Part shown: piece after piece, positions 23,772-35,069 of the stretch
Numbering within the stretch: position 1 is the stretch's first letter
How the letters are laid out: every line of letters starts with the position of its first letter
Assembly: GCA_030390025.1 (NCBI GenBank)
Contig: CM059432.1
Location: 111,726,001 to 111,790,000, forward strand
Reading direction: 5' to 3'
Length of the DNA stretch: 64,000 nucleotides
From: Squalus acanthias
Taxonomy: Eukaryota
The notes under the pieces: model-generated
The model's database searches: none
The model's input: only the letters and a program-made list of their open reading frames with translations
Told to the model about the DNA's origin: nothing
Made by a program: the position numbers and the translations under genes

Positions 23772-25470
23772 TGTAAGGTTTCCAAAATTTACAGATCCCC
23801 AAAACCTAAGGAAAAAGGACTTTGGAACTACCTCAGAGTGATAAAATGCATTTGGGCCTAACCTAAGGAATATAAGCCCAAAACCCAAGTTTTGGCATTT
23901 TAAAAACATGTCTGGGCCTGTAAAGGGACAAAAGTCTGTGAAGGAAGTTGGGGTCGACCTCTGTAAAAGCAGTTTTGGGTATTGCAGTTAATTGCATTGT
24001 CTGGGCCTCACTCAAAGCCCCAGCATGCATTAACATTTTGACAATAGACCCTAGGAGAAGACAGTCCCACCCAAAACAATAGGTCCCATCAAACCGATTA
24101 CAGGGCCCATCAAGAAACATGCATAATACAGAGCACCCAGGACTAGGCTATAGATCAGCCTAGGAACCCAAAACACAAAACCAATCACCAGCAATCAGCC
24201 AAGAAGATCAACAGGATGCGAACCATCCCAAAAACCCATTTGACACTTACAGAGCAGTTACTGGTAGCAGGCCCGCCAAATTCAGACAATGAACTGAACA
24301 GATTTGGCGGGTAGATAAGGCCATATTAAATGGGTCAGATTAAAGGCCTGTTAAAAAACCCAGTTAATGTGCTAGTAAATCGTTACCGATTTACGAGCCC
24401 GCCAAAACTAGACAATGAACTGAACAGATTTGGCGGGTAGATAAGGCCACTTCAATTCTGTATAATTGAAGGCCCACCAAGCACACACCAGAGCTAGCTA
24501 GAAGAGAGAGAAATACTACAGTCCAGCGTTCATTGGGTCGAGCAGTCAGTCGCAACCGGTGGTCATCAGAAGGAGGAGAGACCAAGAAGAAGAAGGCCCG
24601 AGCTGGAAGCGAGTCGGCATCGCTCACCACTCAAACACACCTGAGTCCAGCTCGCGAAGACACCACCTCGACGGACCCCCAACAACGGCCCCAACACAGA
24701 CACCCGGAGCAACAAGCAGCAACAAGTCACCGACGGCTCCACGAGGTCGACCGACACACCAACCAAGGCCTAAAGCCATCGCGGAAACCAAAGGCCTCAC
24801 AAAACCAACAACCGCGCATTACCCCCAACTGACCGGGTAATCGCAGGCCACCGCGACCAACAAAGACCAACTCCAGGGAAGAAAACCCGAAGAATCACAA
24901 AGTTTCCACACTACAAACTACTCCTGACTTACCCCTGGGTAAGATTTTCCCCAAAGACTCTAAGCCCTACTGCTCAACTAAAGAAAGTGGGTACTCACCA
25001 GATAAATCCATAGCGACATCCTACCGCATCAGCGGACTCGCAAAGACTGACCAGAGACCCAGGTGAAGTCCTCTACCGCGTACGGGGTATGACAGACACT
25101 AACCGCCATAAACAGCGAACCCCAAAACCGCGATTTAGCCCAACTGTCAAAGGATTGGTGAGCATTATCCCATGTCCTTCAAAACCTAACTTAGCTAGAA
25201 AAGTGGGGTTGGGAGGGGTGAAGTATTGTTCTACTGTCATTTCCATCGCTTGTACCGAAGTGTTCCCCACCTTTAGAGTGATAAGAGTGTTATTATTTGT
25301 GTCTTACCTTTTAATAAAGATTGAAGTTCTTTCATCAAACTCAGTTGTCTGCTTCACCTTTTGTATCACAACCCCCAAATAAGTCCAAGGTCTAGAACCA
25401 AGGGAGTGGGAGCAATTCGAACGGCTCAGTAGTCAGAGGTAAAGCTGACACAAAAACACCACCCCCTACA
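23772..25470 (+). repeat. 5' LTR (~1.7 kb)
   Basis: Starts TGTAAGG, ends CCCTACA (TG...CA short inverted termini) 3 nt before the PBS; TATA-like TATAAT at ~24461; AATAAA at ~25313. The left edge is inferred from a single LTR. Confidence 0.75.
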
Positions 25471-25473
25471 TAA

Positions 25474-25491
25474 TGGCGACCGCGGCAGGAC
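25474..25491 (+). promoter_or_regulatory. Primer-binding site, tRNA-Arg(UCG)
   Basis: TGGCGACCGCGGCAGGAC is complementary to the 3' end ...GTCCTGCCGCGGTCG-CCA of vertebrate tRNA-Arg-TCG (from recalled tRNA sequence). Confidence 0.85.
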
Positions 25492-25545
25492 CTTGGCAAA
25501 CGGGATGTGATGCAGTGGACACTGTTTTTGAGGAGAGAACCAAGA

Positions 25546-27405
25546 TGGAGGAAAGGATTTCCTCCTATGTGTTTGAAAAGGTGAACATAACTAAGAAGTG
25601 GGTATTCAGTCTGCTACGTGCTGAACGTTCAATAGACGCTGCAGCTAAGTGGACTGAGGGCAAAGACCACAGGAAATCTGTGGAAAAGGCCATCTGGTTG
25701 ATCTGTTCCCAGAAACAGATCCAACTATTGGACAAATGTGTAGAGACACTCAAAGCAGAACTGCAGGAGTCTGCTCAGCTGTCTCAAGCAAGGGCCCTAG
25801 CAGGGGAAACATTACTCAGTGAACTAACAGCCCGAGATCAGGAGAGGAGGCAGTTAGTAGAAACGCACAGGAACAGTCAAGAGTATTTTCAGTGTCAGGT
25901 CACCGAAGCAAAAAGCAGTGAACTAGTGTTGAGGGAAGAAAACACCTGCCTTGCTAGGCAAGTAAAGGAACTAGAAGAGAGGTTAAAGATGTCCAGGAAG
26001 CTTACAAGGTAGCAAGCACAAGGGGGTATGAAGCGAGAGAGCACGGCCCCTGCCAGAAACAAATAGAAAGTTTGAACCTTGGTCTGTCCAGAGCCAAAGG
26101 CATGGTATGCCTGTTAAGCCCGGGTACGGCCCGAGTGGACCTGGGAGTGCAGGGAGAAACTGTTCGAACGCCACCTGTGGTGCCGGGGAACGACCCAGTT
26201 GGGCAGCAGGAGGGAAGGGCGATTTGTGAGGCTGGCAGGGAGTGCACACCACCACCTGTGGCGCCGGGCTTTGACTCGGTTTGGCAGCAGGGAGGGGTGG
26301 GCGAACCAATGCAGGAGAGGTCGGAGCCGGGGCCGATGTGCCCGGTCCGGCAGCAAAAGTTTGGCCCACCCGGCGGTGGTGGGGGTCAGGGACCCCTTGA
26401 AAGCCAATTCGTGGCTCCCCACAGGTACCCAACAGCTTAGGGCTATGATAAGCCACCTGGGCAAACTCACCCAAAAAGGGGACCCCTCAGTCCACTTCAT
26501 GGAAGTGGAACAGGCAGCGGGCATCAATGACTGTGATGATGCTGAGATGGCCAAACTGCTCCTGTTCTCACTGGACAGCAAAATCTACCAGTCCCTCTCC
26601 GCAGAGAGTAAGAGGGGACAGGGTGGATATGCTGCTATCAGAGAGGGAGTTCTGGAGGCCATTGGTATGAACGATGGTAGTCCTTTCTCCCGGGTGGAGA
26701 AGACTACACAGCCAGTAGGGGAGACCCCACAGGCTTTCGCAGACCGACTGTAGCCTGTGTACAGGAGTGCCTGTAATGGGGTTCTCGACAGGGCTCACCT
26801 GATACAGGATGAGCTGGCCCACTGGCTCCGAAGTCTAGTGGCAAACAGCTTGCCACGGATCAGAGCCAAGGCTGAGCTGTGGTTTGACCCAAGGGACCCC
26901 CGGGGCACCGAAGAGACAGTGGTCAGACAACTGACCCTGGCTTACCGGAACAGTAGAGAGACAGGAGCATCCACCCAAGGGGAAGGTGCATGAGATAAAA
27001 CCCAGCCAGGGTAAGAAACAGTGGCACCAGGAAGGGGGTAACCCTTCCGACACGAAGCGTAACTGTTTCGGGTGTGGGAAGAGTGGGCATTGGAGGAAGG
27101 ACCAAAAATGTGTGGGTTAGGTTGATTTGGCTATGATAAAATTGACCCTTAGTGTTAGGGGGGATTAAATATGTGGGGTTATGGGGATAGGATGGGATAT
27201 GTTAGGGGGAATTAAATACGTGGGGTTACGGGGGTAGGGTGGGATATGTGTACTGTGGGGATTAAAGCAGGGACAGGGTACTGGATTTGGATGATCAGCC
27301 ATGATCGTATTGAATGGCGGAGCAGGCTCGACGGGCCGAATGGCCTACTCCTGCTCCTAGATTCTATGTTTCTATGTTCTATGACTGTAGGAATCCATGG
27401 AAGGA
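25546..27405 (+). pseudogene. gag: gag (stops and frameshifts; SINE inserted in the zinc knuckle)
   Basis: N-terminal coiled-coil-like region, capsid-like helical region (DPSVHFMEVEQ ... QPVGETPQAFADRL), CCHC knuckle CFGCGKSGHWRKD|C split by the insertion. Confidence 0.85.
27103..27382 (+). mobile_element. 5'-truncated V-SINE with CR1-like tail inserted in gag
   Basis: Homologous to the reverse complement of 11590-11690; GGGCCGAATGGCCTACTCCTGCTCCT and (TTCTATGT)n tail; flanked by GAC/GAC. Confidence 0.85.
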
Positions 27406-27407
27406 TA

Positions 27408-30400
27408 ACCTGGGGGCCGACTTTATCACAGGCCACAGGATCTAAGAAACCACTGTCTGTGGGGAGCATGTGTGGGTAGAGAAAGTGAAGTGGCAGTCAT
27501 CCCAGGGAAACAGGGCAAGGGGACCTTGTGTACCCTAAAACCAAAAGAAGGTTACAACCTCGAGCAAATGGTCAGTAACACTCCGGTGGAGTACCAGGCA
27601 TTTGTGTGAGCACACCTCGCAGCATTTGCCACTCACAAGCATGACTGTGGGAGGGTGAACGGGGTCGAGGTTAGTGTCAGTGGGGACCCCATGACCCGAC
27701 CACAGAAACAGTATAATTTTCCCCAGGGAGGCGGAAGCAGACATGGAAGCAGCCATGGCTTCCTTAGTAAAGCAGGGGGTGCTGAGACCGATAGCCACCC
27801 ATGTAAACTCCCCACTGTGGCCGGTTAGAAAACTGGACAACTCCTGGAGGGTCACAGTGGACTATCGGGTACTCAACCGTAACATCCCCGCCTGTGCACC
27901 CACGGTAGCAGCCGTCGCCGACCTCATAGGAAGTACGATAGCAAAATACTGCGGATGCTGGAAATCCGAAATAACAACAGAAAACGCTGGAAAAACTCAG
28001 CAGGCCAGGCAGCATCCGTGGAGAGAGAAAGAGAGTTGACGTTTCAGGTCGATGACCTTTCATCAGAACTTTCATAGGAAGTATCCCAGCATCTGCAACC
28101 ACCTTCACAGTGCTGGACATTTCCAACGGGTTTTGGTCCATCCCTTTAAGAAGGGAGGACCAGTACAAGTTCGCCTTCACGTTTAAAGGCCAACAGTACA
28201 CCTGGAATTGCCTACCCCAGGGTTTCCACAATAGCCCCAGCATTTTTCACCAATGCATGGCTAATTGTTTGAAGGGCTTCAGCCGGCCCCGGCAGTTGGT
28301 ACAGTATGTGGATGACCTGCTCCTGTTCACTGATGAAGGAGAGGAACACGGTCCACTACCGGCTGAACTGCTGGAGCTGCTCCGGCAAGAAGGCTTTAAG
28401 GTAAACCCTAAGAAGGTACAGATCGGCCAACAGGAAGTAAAATTCCTAGGGCTAACTGTGCGCGCAGGGGAAAGGGCTATTGACAGAGCCATGAGGGAAG
28501 CAGTGCAGGAGTTACCAGCCCCCAACACAGTCACAGGGGTAAGGTCTTTTCTGGGACTGACTGGGTACTGCAGAGATTTTATTGAGGATTATGCAGCCAC
28601 AGCAGCCCCTCTGCTCCGACTCCTACACAAGGGTGTAGAGTGGGCTTGGGACGAGGGTTGCGAGGCAGGATTTGTAAAGCTCAAGAAGGATCTGCAGACC
28701 GCACCAGCTCTAGGGGCTATTGATGGGGAGAGAGAGTTTTTCCTGGAGGTGGCAGCCAGCGGGGACAGTCTGAGTGCTGTGCTGCTCCAAGAGAGGCACG
28801 ACAGGCTGAGACCAGTGGTCTACTCCTCCAGGATACTCACTGATGTGGAGAAGGGCTACTCCAAGTGTGAGAGGCACCTCCTCGCCACTCACTGGGCTGT
28901 GAAAAGATCATTGATCTTCACAGGCACATCTCCCATCACCCTGCTCACCCATCACACACCCACCCAGATGCTCCTAGATGGGAGAATCAAAGATGGGACA
29001 GTGAGCAGTGCCCGTATTGCTCGCTGGACCCTGCTTCTCTCCCAGATGGACCTAAGGGTAAAAGGTCTCTGCGAGCCGAGGCTCGCAGCCAACCTAATTT
29101 ACCCAGGGAACGCCCACCGGTGTTCCATAGAAGGGGTATGGGAAGTTAACATAGGTTTTCGGGCCGGGATACACCCCACAGGCCGCGAAATCTATGTGGA
29201 TGGTTTGAGCACAGTATCTGCTGGAGAACGACTCACATGGTGTGGAGTTTATGACCCAGAGGCGGACATTGCCTTGGCCATTAAACTCCCCAGCACCATG
29301 AGCGCCCAGCAGGCTGAACTGTCTGCGGTGGTGTATGTGGTTACACACCCCGAGAAGTTCCCTACCCCATACACGATTTGCTCGGACAGCATGTTCACAT
29401 GCAATTCATGTACGGAGTACCTGGCCATCTGGTCCCGTCGCGGATACACCTCCGCTGATGGGAGACCCCTCACCATAAAGCCCCTGTTGGAGAGGATCAT
29501 GGCAGCAGTGGGGGAGGAAGGGAAGGTCTTTATCCATAAGGTAAAGGCCCACTCTAAGAAAGAGCCCAAGTGGGAAAATAACCACAAGGCGGACGAGCTG
29601 GCCAAACAGGGTGGCCAGAGAAGGGGTATTCTGGGACCCGTACCAAGCGGGTCCAGTAGCAGCAGTCCGGGCCAGGGGAAGCACATGGGGTAGCTTTGCC
29701 CCCGTACTTAAAGCAGGCCCAAGCCCAGGACACAGTCCTCAAGACTGTCCTGAACAGGCTTGAAAAAGGGGAGAAAGTAGAGGGCCCATACGGCGCAGCA
29801 GCCATCACCATAAAGGAAGGCATGCTGTTCAGGGGGGAGCAGTGGGTAGTGCCACAGCAGCACCGAAGGGAATTCCTCCAACTGGCCCATGAGGGTCCAG
29901 GAGTGGGGCATCCCGGACCTGAGACCACCTGGCAATGGGTGGAACAGACAGGATGGTGGCCAGGACTCAGGGAAGATGTCCACGAGTTTTGCGCCAGCTG
30001 CCTAGTGTGTGCTGCTAACAACCCAGACCCCCAGAAAAGGAAGGTGTCCATGGGACACATCAGGAGGGTAGAGGGACCATGGCAGTCGATCCAGGTCGAC
30101 TACATCGGGCACCTACCCACCGCCCAGGGAGGTTTTAAGTACTGCCTAGTCCTGGTGGATGTGTTCTCAAAGTGGGTAGAAGCATTCCCATGCCGTACGG
30201 CCACTGCATTGAGTACGGCTAGGATCCTAGTCAGGGAAGTGTTCTCACGGTGGGGACTACCACAGTATGTGGAGTCCGACCAGGGGAGTCATTTTACTGG
30301 GCAGGTTATGCAAGAGACCCTCAGGGTGCTCGGCATAGAGGGGAAATGGCACGTAGCCCACAACCCGCAGTCATCGGTCCTGAGGAGCGTTTAAACCGTA

Positions 30401-30909
30401 CCATTAAGGAAAGGCTACGGAAGGAAACGGAAGACTCACCCAAAAGGTGGGTAGAACTCTTACCGTTGGTCTTAATGGGGATCCGAGCCAGCCAGTCAAA
30501 AAGCACGGGGTATTCCCCACACGAGCTCATGACTGGCAGGATTATGCGGACCCCCACCCATGTGCTAGCTCCGGTGCTCACGGAAGGGCTGCTCAGAGAG
30601 GTGAACCAGGACAGATTTGTCAGGAATCTGTTGGAGCACCTTAAACAGGTCCTCTGGCAGGCCGCGAGCAACATGGGAAAACAGCATCGGAGTAACCGAT
30701 TGCTGCTCCAACCCCGCAAGCACCACGAGTGGGAGGTCGGAGACCAGGTCATGGTTAGGAATTTTGCCCGGGTGGGGAGTTTCAAACCACTGTACATGGG
30801 GCCCTACCACATTGTGGACAAGGCAAGCCCCATGGTCTATGCCATAAAGATGCCCCGCCGTACAAAGTGGTTTCACATCAACCAATGCAAGCTGTTTAAA
30901 CCCGAGTAA
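27408..30909 (+). pseudogene. pol: pol: protease remnant, RT, degenerate RNase H (tether), RNase H, integrase
   Basis: LGADFI protease C-terminus; NSPLWPVRK, VDYRVLN, LDISNGFW, LPQGF, YVDD (28305); tether FFLEVAAS ... PVVYSSR; RNase H IYVDG / AQQAEL / SDS / KVKAHS / NHKADELAK; IN H..H-C..C, VDYIG, SDQG, EERLNRT, GPY; frameshifts at ~29610 and ~30375. Confidence 0.95.
27936..28071 (-). mobile_element. Short Penelope-like 3'-end insertion in RT
   Basis: Reverse complement of the 11335-11466 tail; 12-bp TSD TCATAGGAAGTA (27924-27935 / 28072-28083); removal restores VADLIGSIPASATTFTVLDISN. Confidence 0.88.
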
Positions 30910-31653
30910 AGGGAACAGTCAGCAAAGGTGGACCACCCCAAAGTTAGAAATCCCCAGCCAGCAGCTGTGGCAGACTCACAGGCTGCAGCGGTGGGGACAG
31001 TGGCTTGTATCACAGGAGGGTACACTCCACCGATTATGTGGGACTCCGGCACACCCCCAGGGGCCAGAGTCCTGAGAAGGTCTCCTCGCACACCACAGCC
31101 TAAACTGCCCTGGTCACCGGTACATCAATGGGTCAGCACAAAAGGGGCTGCAACCCAAAAAGGAGTGCCCAAGGCCAGGGAGCGTTTAAAAGTTAGGGAT
31201 CCCCAGCCTGCAGCCTCAGGCTGCGGGGAACCCACAGGACAGGACAGGGACTCAACAGCCACACCAAAGGGGGCAGTGTGCTGTAGCACAGGAGGGGACA
31301 CTCCGGGATTGTCAGGGATTCAGGGAAACCCTCAGTTGCTCTAAGAAGGACTCTCAGGGTCCTGCGGTACAGGCCACCTTACGCCCAGGCGTACCGGCTG
31401 CTCAGAAGCTGCCCAAGGCAGAGGCCGTGCAGGGATTGACCTGGCCGTCCGGAGACGGGCGGCGAGTGTACAGAGTTTTAATGTATTTTAGGTGTTTTAC
31501 AGTTTTGGTAGTTTTAGGATTTTTAAGAATTCTAGTTTTAAGGATTTTAGTAAGTAAGTTTAAAGATCTCAAGAATCGATCACCTGTCAAGCCAGAGAGC
31601 CTTCTCGGGACATGGCTGTCTGTTTTGTGTGTTTCTACAGAGAGGAAATCGGC

Positions 31654-32625
31654 ATGACAAGGGTTCTGCTCCTGCTCGCCCTGGTAGGGGTGAGCATCGG
31701 TGACCGAGGTGACGTGGAGGACTCCCACATCTATGGGTGCTCAGGAGAGAGAGCACCGGTCGTCACCGCAGGTGGTGGCGAGCGGGGAGTGGAGGAGCTC
31801 GCCATCTACTTCCTCGAGGGAAGGTGGCCAGGGTGGCTGGGGTCCAACTCCACGAGATACTCCAGCCAGACCAGGTTCACGTACGGGGAGGCCTCCCTGC
31901 CATGCCCCAGAGTAGAAGTCGTTGCCACGAGGGTCAGTGTCACCGAGGGGAAGCGTGTGTGCCTTACCTGTAAGGGACGTATTCCCCTGAATAGGTGGTG
32001 GTGGCTCAGGAAGCTAAGCAGGGATGCAGGGGACCATACAGCCGACTGGGAAAGATTAGGGAACGACACCTACTGGACAATCACAGGGACCCAAGGGGGA
32101 GTGAGTGTGTGTTGGGATAAGTGGTGGGAGTCGGAACAGGGAGTCTATGTCTGTATGTGGGGGTCAGAGAAAGCCTGCCCCACAGGCATATCCATCATCT
32201 TCTCCAGACAATGGCAAGACGCCGGGGAGAGGATGGGGTGGGATTCTAGCCTACATGCGTGCGCGCTCCCACACTCCCCGACCCCAGTCAACGTCACCGA
32301 ACTAGTAGCCCGCCCCCGAAAGCCCCTGCCCACGACCACGACCTCACAGACAGTAGAGGAGAGGTGTCCTACCACCACCAAGGGACCAGAGAATGGGTTA
32401 GTACTAGTACCAACCAAAAAGGTACAATACCAGGGGGTACACTATGCAGTAGCTTCAGTAATATTAAACCTTACCGAGGTACACTTACCTAAATGGTGTC
32501 CAAAGGAGACAGAACAGCTATACCAGGCCCTGCTAAAGGAAATGTTTAGAAAATTCTATGAGTTCGACTTTGCCAATGTGGACAAAGCAGAACTGTACTC
32601 AGGTCGCTCTGGTCTAGTAAAGCAA
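31654..32625 (+). CDS. env: env-position glycoprotein, C-terminally truncated: signal peptide, Ig-like domain, Thr-rich linker, F2-like segment
   Basis: MTRVLLLLALVGVSIG signal peptide; VSVTEGKRVCLTC ... W ... EQGVYVC Ig-type motifs; sequons NST, NDT, NVT, NLT; acceptor TTTCTACAG at 31640; frame stays open to 32955 through apparently foreign sequence. Confidence 0.75.
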
Positions 32626-32954
32626 GCACATGGACTGGCAACTCATCCTGTCTCTGTCCTTCATTTGTTCTACCCACATATATTACACCCCTCCCCCCCA
32701 GATCCTCCGGAACCCGGCACAGGCCCCTACCTGATCCCTCCTTTCCCTCCTCTGTGCAGCCTAGTGCCGCCGGCCTACCCGTCCGGAGCCAGCAGCCTCT
32801 CCATCTGGCTGGTGGGGAACAGAGGCTTCAGATGCAAATCAAGCCCTGCCATTAAAGTCAGCAGGGCCTTTGGGAAACCTGTTCTCCCAGGTTTCCTGCC
32901 CTCAGCGAAGCCCCCCAACCTGCTCCCCCCCGCCCCCAACACGCTTTCCCTATG

Positions 32955-34340
32955 AAAATATCTGTTCAAGTCAAATCCCTTGGACTTAAGGGAGTGGCAA
33001 TGAGGGCCATACCAGGGGGAATGCCCAGGGTGAGAGAGAGTAATGGTTTTAATGGGGACTAGGGCATGAAAGGTGGAGGTGTGGGTATGGTTGAGCCGAT
33101 TGATAGCGGCAGAAATGTCATGGTGAATGGAAGACCAAAGGTTAGACAGTTGGGATTTTGAAAATGTGGTTGTAAGTGAATTAGGAGAGAGTTTTTCCCA
33201 GGGGCAGACACAGAAGGAAGTAGGGTTGGGAGGGGGAAGGGGATGTGGGTGGAGTGCGACACAGGAAGTGATGAGAGATGGCCTTATCTGTGATTGACAC
33301 GATGGGAGTAGTGAGGCCACGTGAGCTGGCAAGATTGAGGAGATAGCCGTGAATATGGGTTGGGGAGTTTACATGGAGGGAGAGATTAAGGGAGGATAGG
33401 AGGGTAGTGAACTCAGAGGAGAGATAGCACGATGAATTGAGATGGAGGTTGAAATCACCGAGGATGAGAAGTTGCTCGGTACAGAGGCTGAGGAGGAAAG
33501 CAGTGAAGATACCTCAGTGAGCAAAATTTTATGGTACTTGGGTGGGCGGTAGAGAACAAGGATTTTAAATGAGAGGCGAGAGATGTGGAACAAGGTGAGA
33601 TGCTCAAAGGAGGAGAAAGTGCCAGAGGAGTAGGGGGACAGACCAAGTGTGATTTGGTGATGAGAGCCACACCACCACCGCGACGGTCTGGGTGGGGCAA
33701 GTGGTGGAAGGTATAGCCAGGCGAGGAGGCTTCAGTTAAGGGCAAGTTTCCGTCAAGGCCATGATGTCGATGCAATCATCCACGATAAGTTCATGGATGG
33801 CAAGGGCATTCTGGAGGAAGATGTGGAGAGGGGCGGTGATGGCTGTTTCACTGCCAGATTCCACAGGGTCAGCACTGGGAGCGGTGAGTTGGACGGGGAG
33901 GAGGTTGACAAGATTTGCCCCCAGTGGATGTGCAGGGCGGGAAGGTCAGGGAGAGGTGGGAAGGTTGGGGTTGCTGCTCGTGGAGAGACAGCGACGAGTG
34001 CCTCGATGGGCCCTTCGGAGGATGCCAAGAGAGGCACAGAGGGAAGCTGTAGGCTTATCTAATAGGGAGTCAAGGCTGGGACGGTGGCAGGAGTGTAGGA
34101 AGGTCGAAGAGTAATGAAGGCTTGGGGTAGGGATTTGAGAGGGCAGAGTACCTGAGAGGGGAAAAATGAAAGGAGGCATAACAACAGGAGAGAAAGGGGT
34201 CTAGGAGGAGTCAAAAAAAAAGTTAAAAAGTTGGGGGAGGAAAAAGTGGAATTAGAAGGGACGGGCTCGGGTGCGGAGCTGCAGCCAAAATGCGCTGGCG
34301 AATGGAGACGGGAAAAACTCAAGTTACACCTCAAGGCACT
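32955..34340 (-). mobile_element. L2-clade LINE, 5'/endonuclease region, decayed
   Basis: GYTFHH ... RRGGGVALI, KILVLYRPPK, PWYGP remnants; pyrimidine-rich 5' region. Confidence 0.8.
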
Positions 34341-35069
34341 GGATCAACTGTGGTCAAACTTACTTCACTCACAGAAACTCTGTTCAAACTGATTGTTTCA
34401 TTCAATCCCCAGTAAAGCAGAGAATTGTTGTTTGTGCGCGTTCTTTTTGAGGAGGAGTTCCTGAATAAACCCTACCCTCATTCTCTTTTATATGATGCAT
34501 TATAGAAGAGCATTTCAAAGAGATTGCGTAAAGTTCACAGGAAGCTCATTGTGAATTCAATGTTCAAAGGGTTACATTTTAATAAGACTGAGCTTACAAC
34601 ACCAACAGTCACTTTTATGGAAATGTATTTAAATAAATGAGCCTAACAAGGTATTAGAGCTTCCTAGACATTGTCAAAAGAGAAAACGAATGTGGTGTGT
34701 CTGTGCAAGTAAATGATACAGGTGAGACATCACTGTGCTGCAGTTCACAAATAGGGTCATTCTCCAATAAAGAACAACCAATCTGTGACATTTCGGGGAG
34801 CTAAGCAATGTTGCAGGTTTCAGACAAGTTAAAGCTGAATTGTGTGATAATTTTCAGATGAATCTGCTTACTGAGCTGCGGAGTTTCATCAGTTAATTTG
34901 TTTTCTTTGAAGAATGAGCAATTATAAAATGCACTTGGTATGGTGCCACGCAGAATTAACATGACTATCTTCACCGATTACTCATTAGTGGAGTCGCCCA
35001 TTGCCGCAACTTTGCTTTAGTTTTGTGCTACACCAGTTGCTGCTCTTGCTGTCTAATTGTGGGCAACCT

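Larger units (their letters stand above)
23772..32625 (+). mobile_element. Defective endogenous retrovirus-like provirus (lokiretrovirus-like), 3'-truncated
   Basis: LTR-PBS-gag-pol(RT, tether, RNase H, IN)-env-position ORF order; no 3' LTR seen. Confidence 0.9.

Noticed and set aside
32626..32955. C-terminal part of the 447-aa ORF as genuine Env
   Set aside because: Abrupt shift to Pro-rich, C-rich sequence with no fusion peptide, heptad repeat or TM; probably read-through into unrelated DNA
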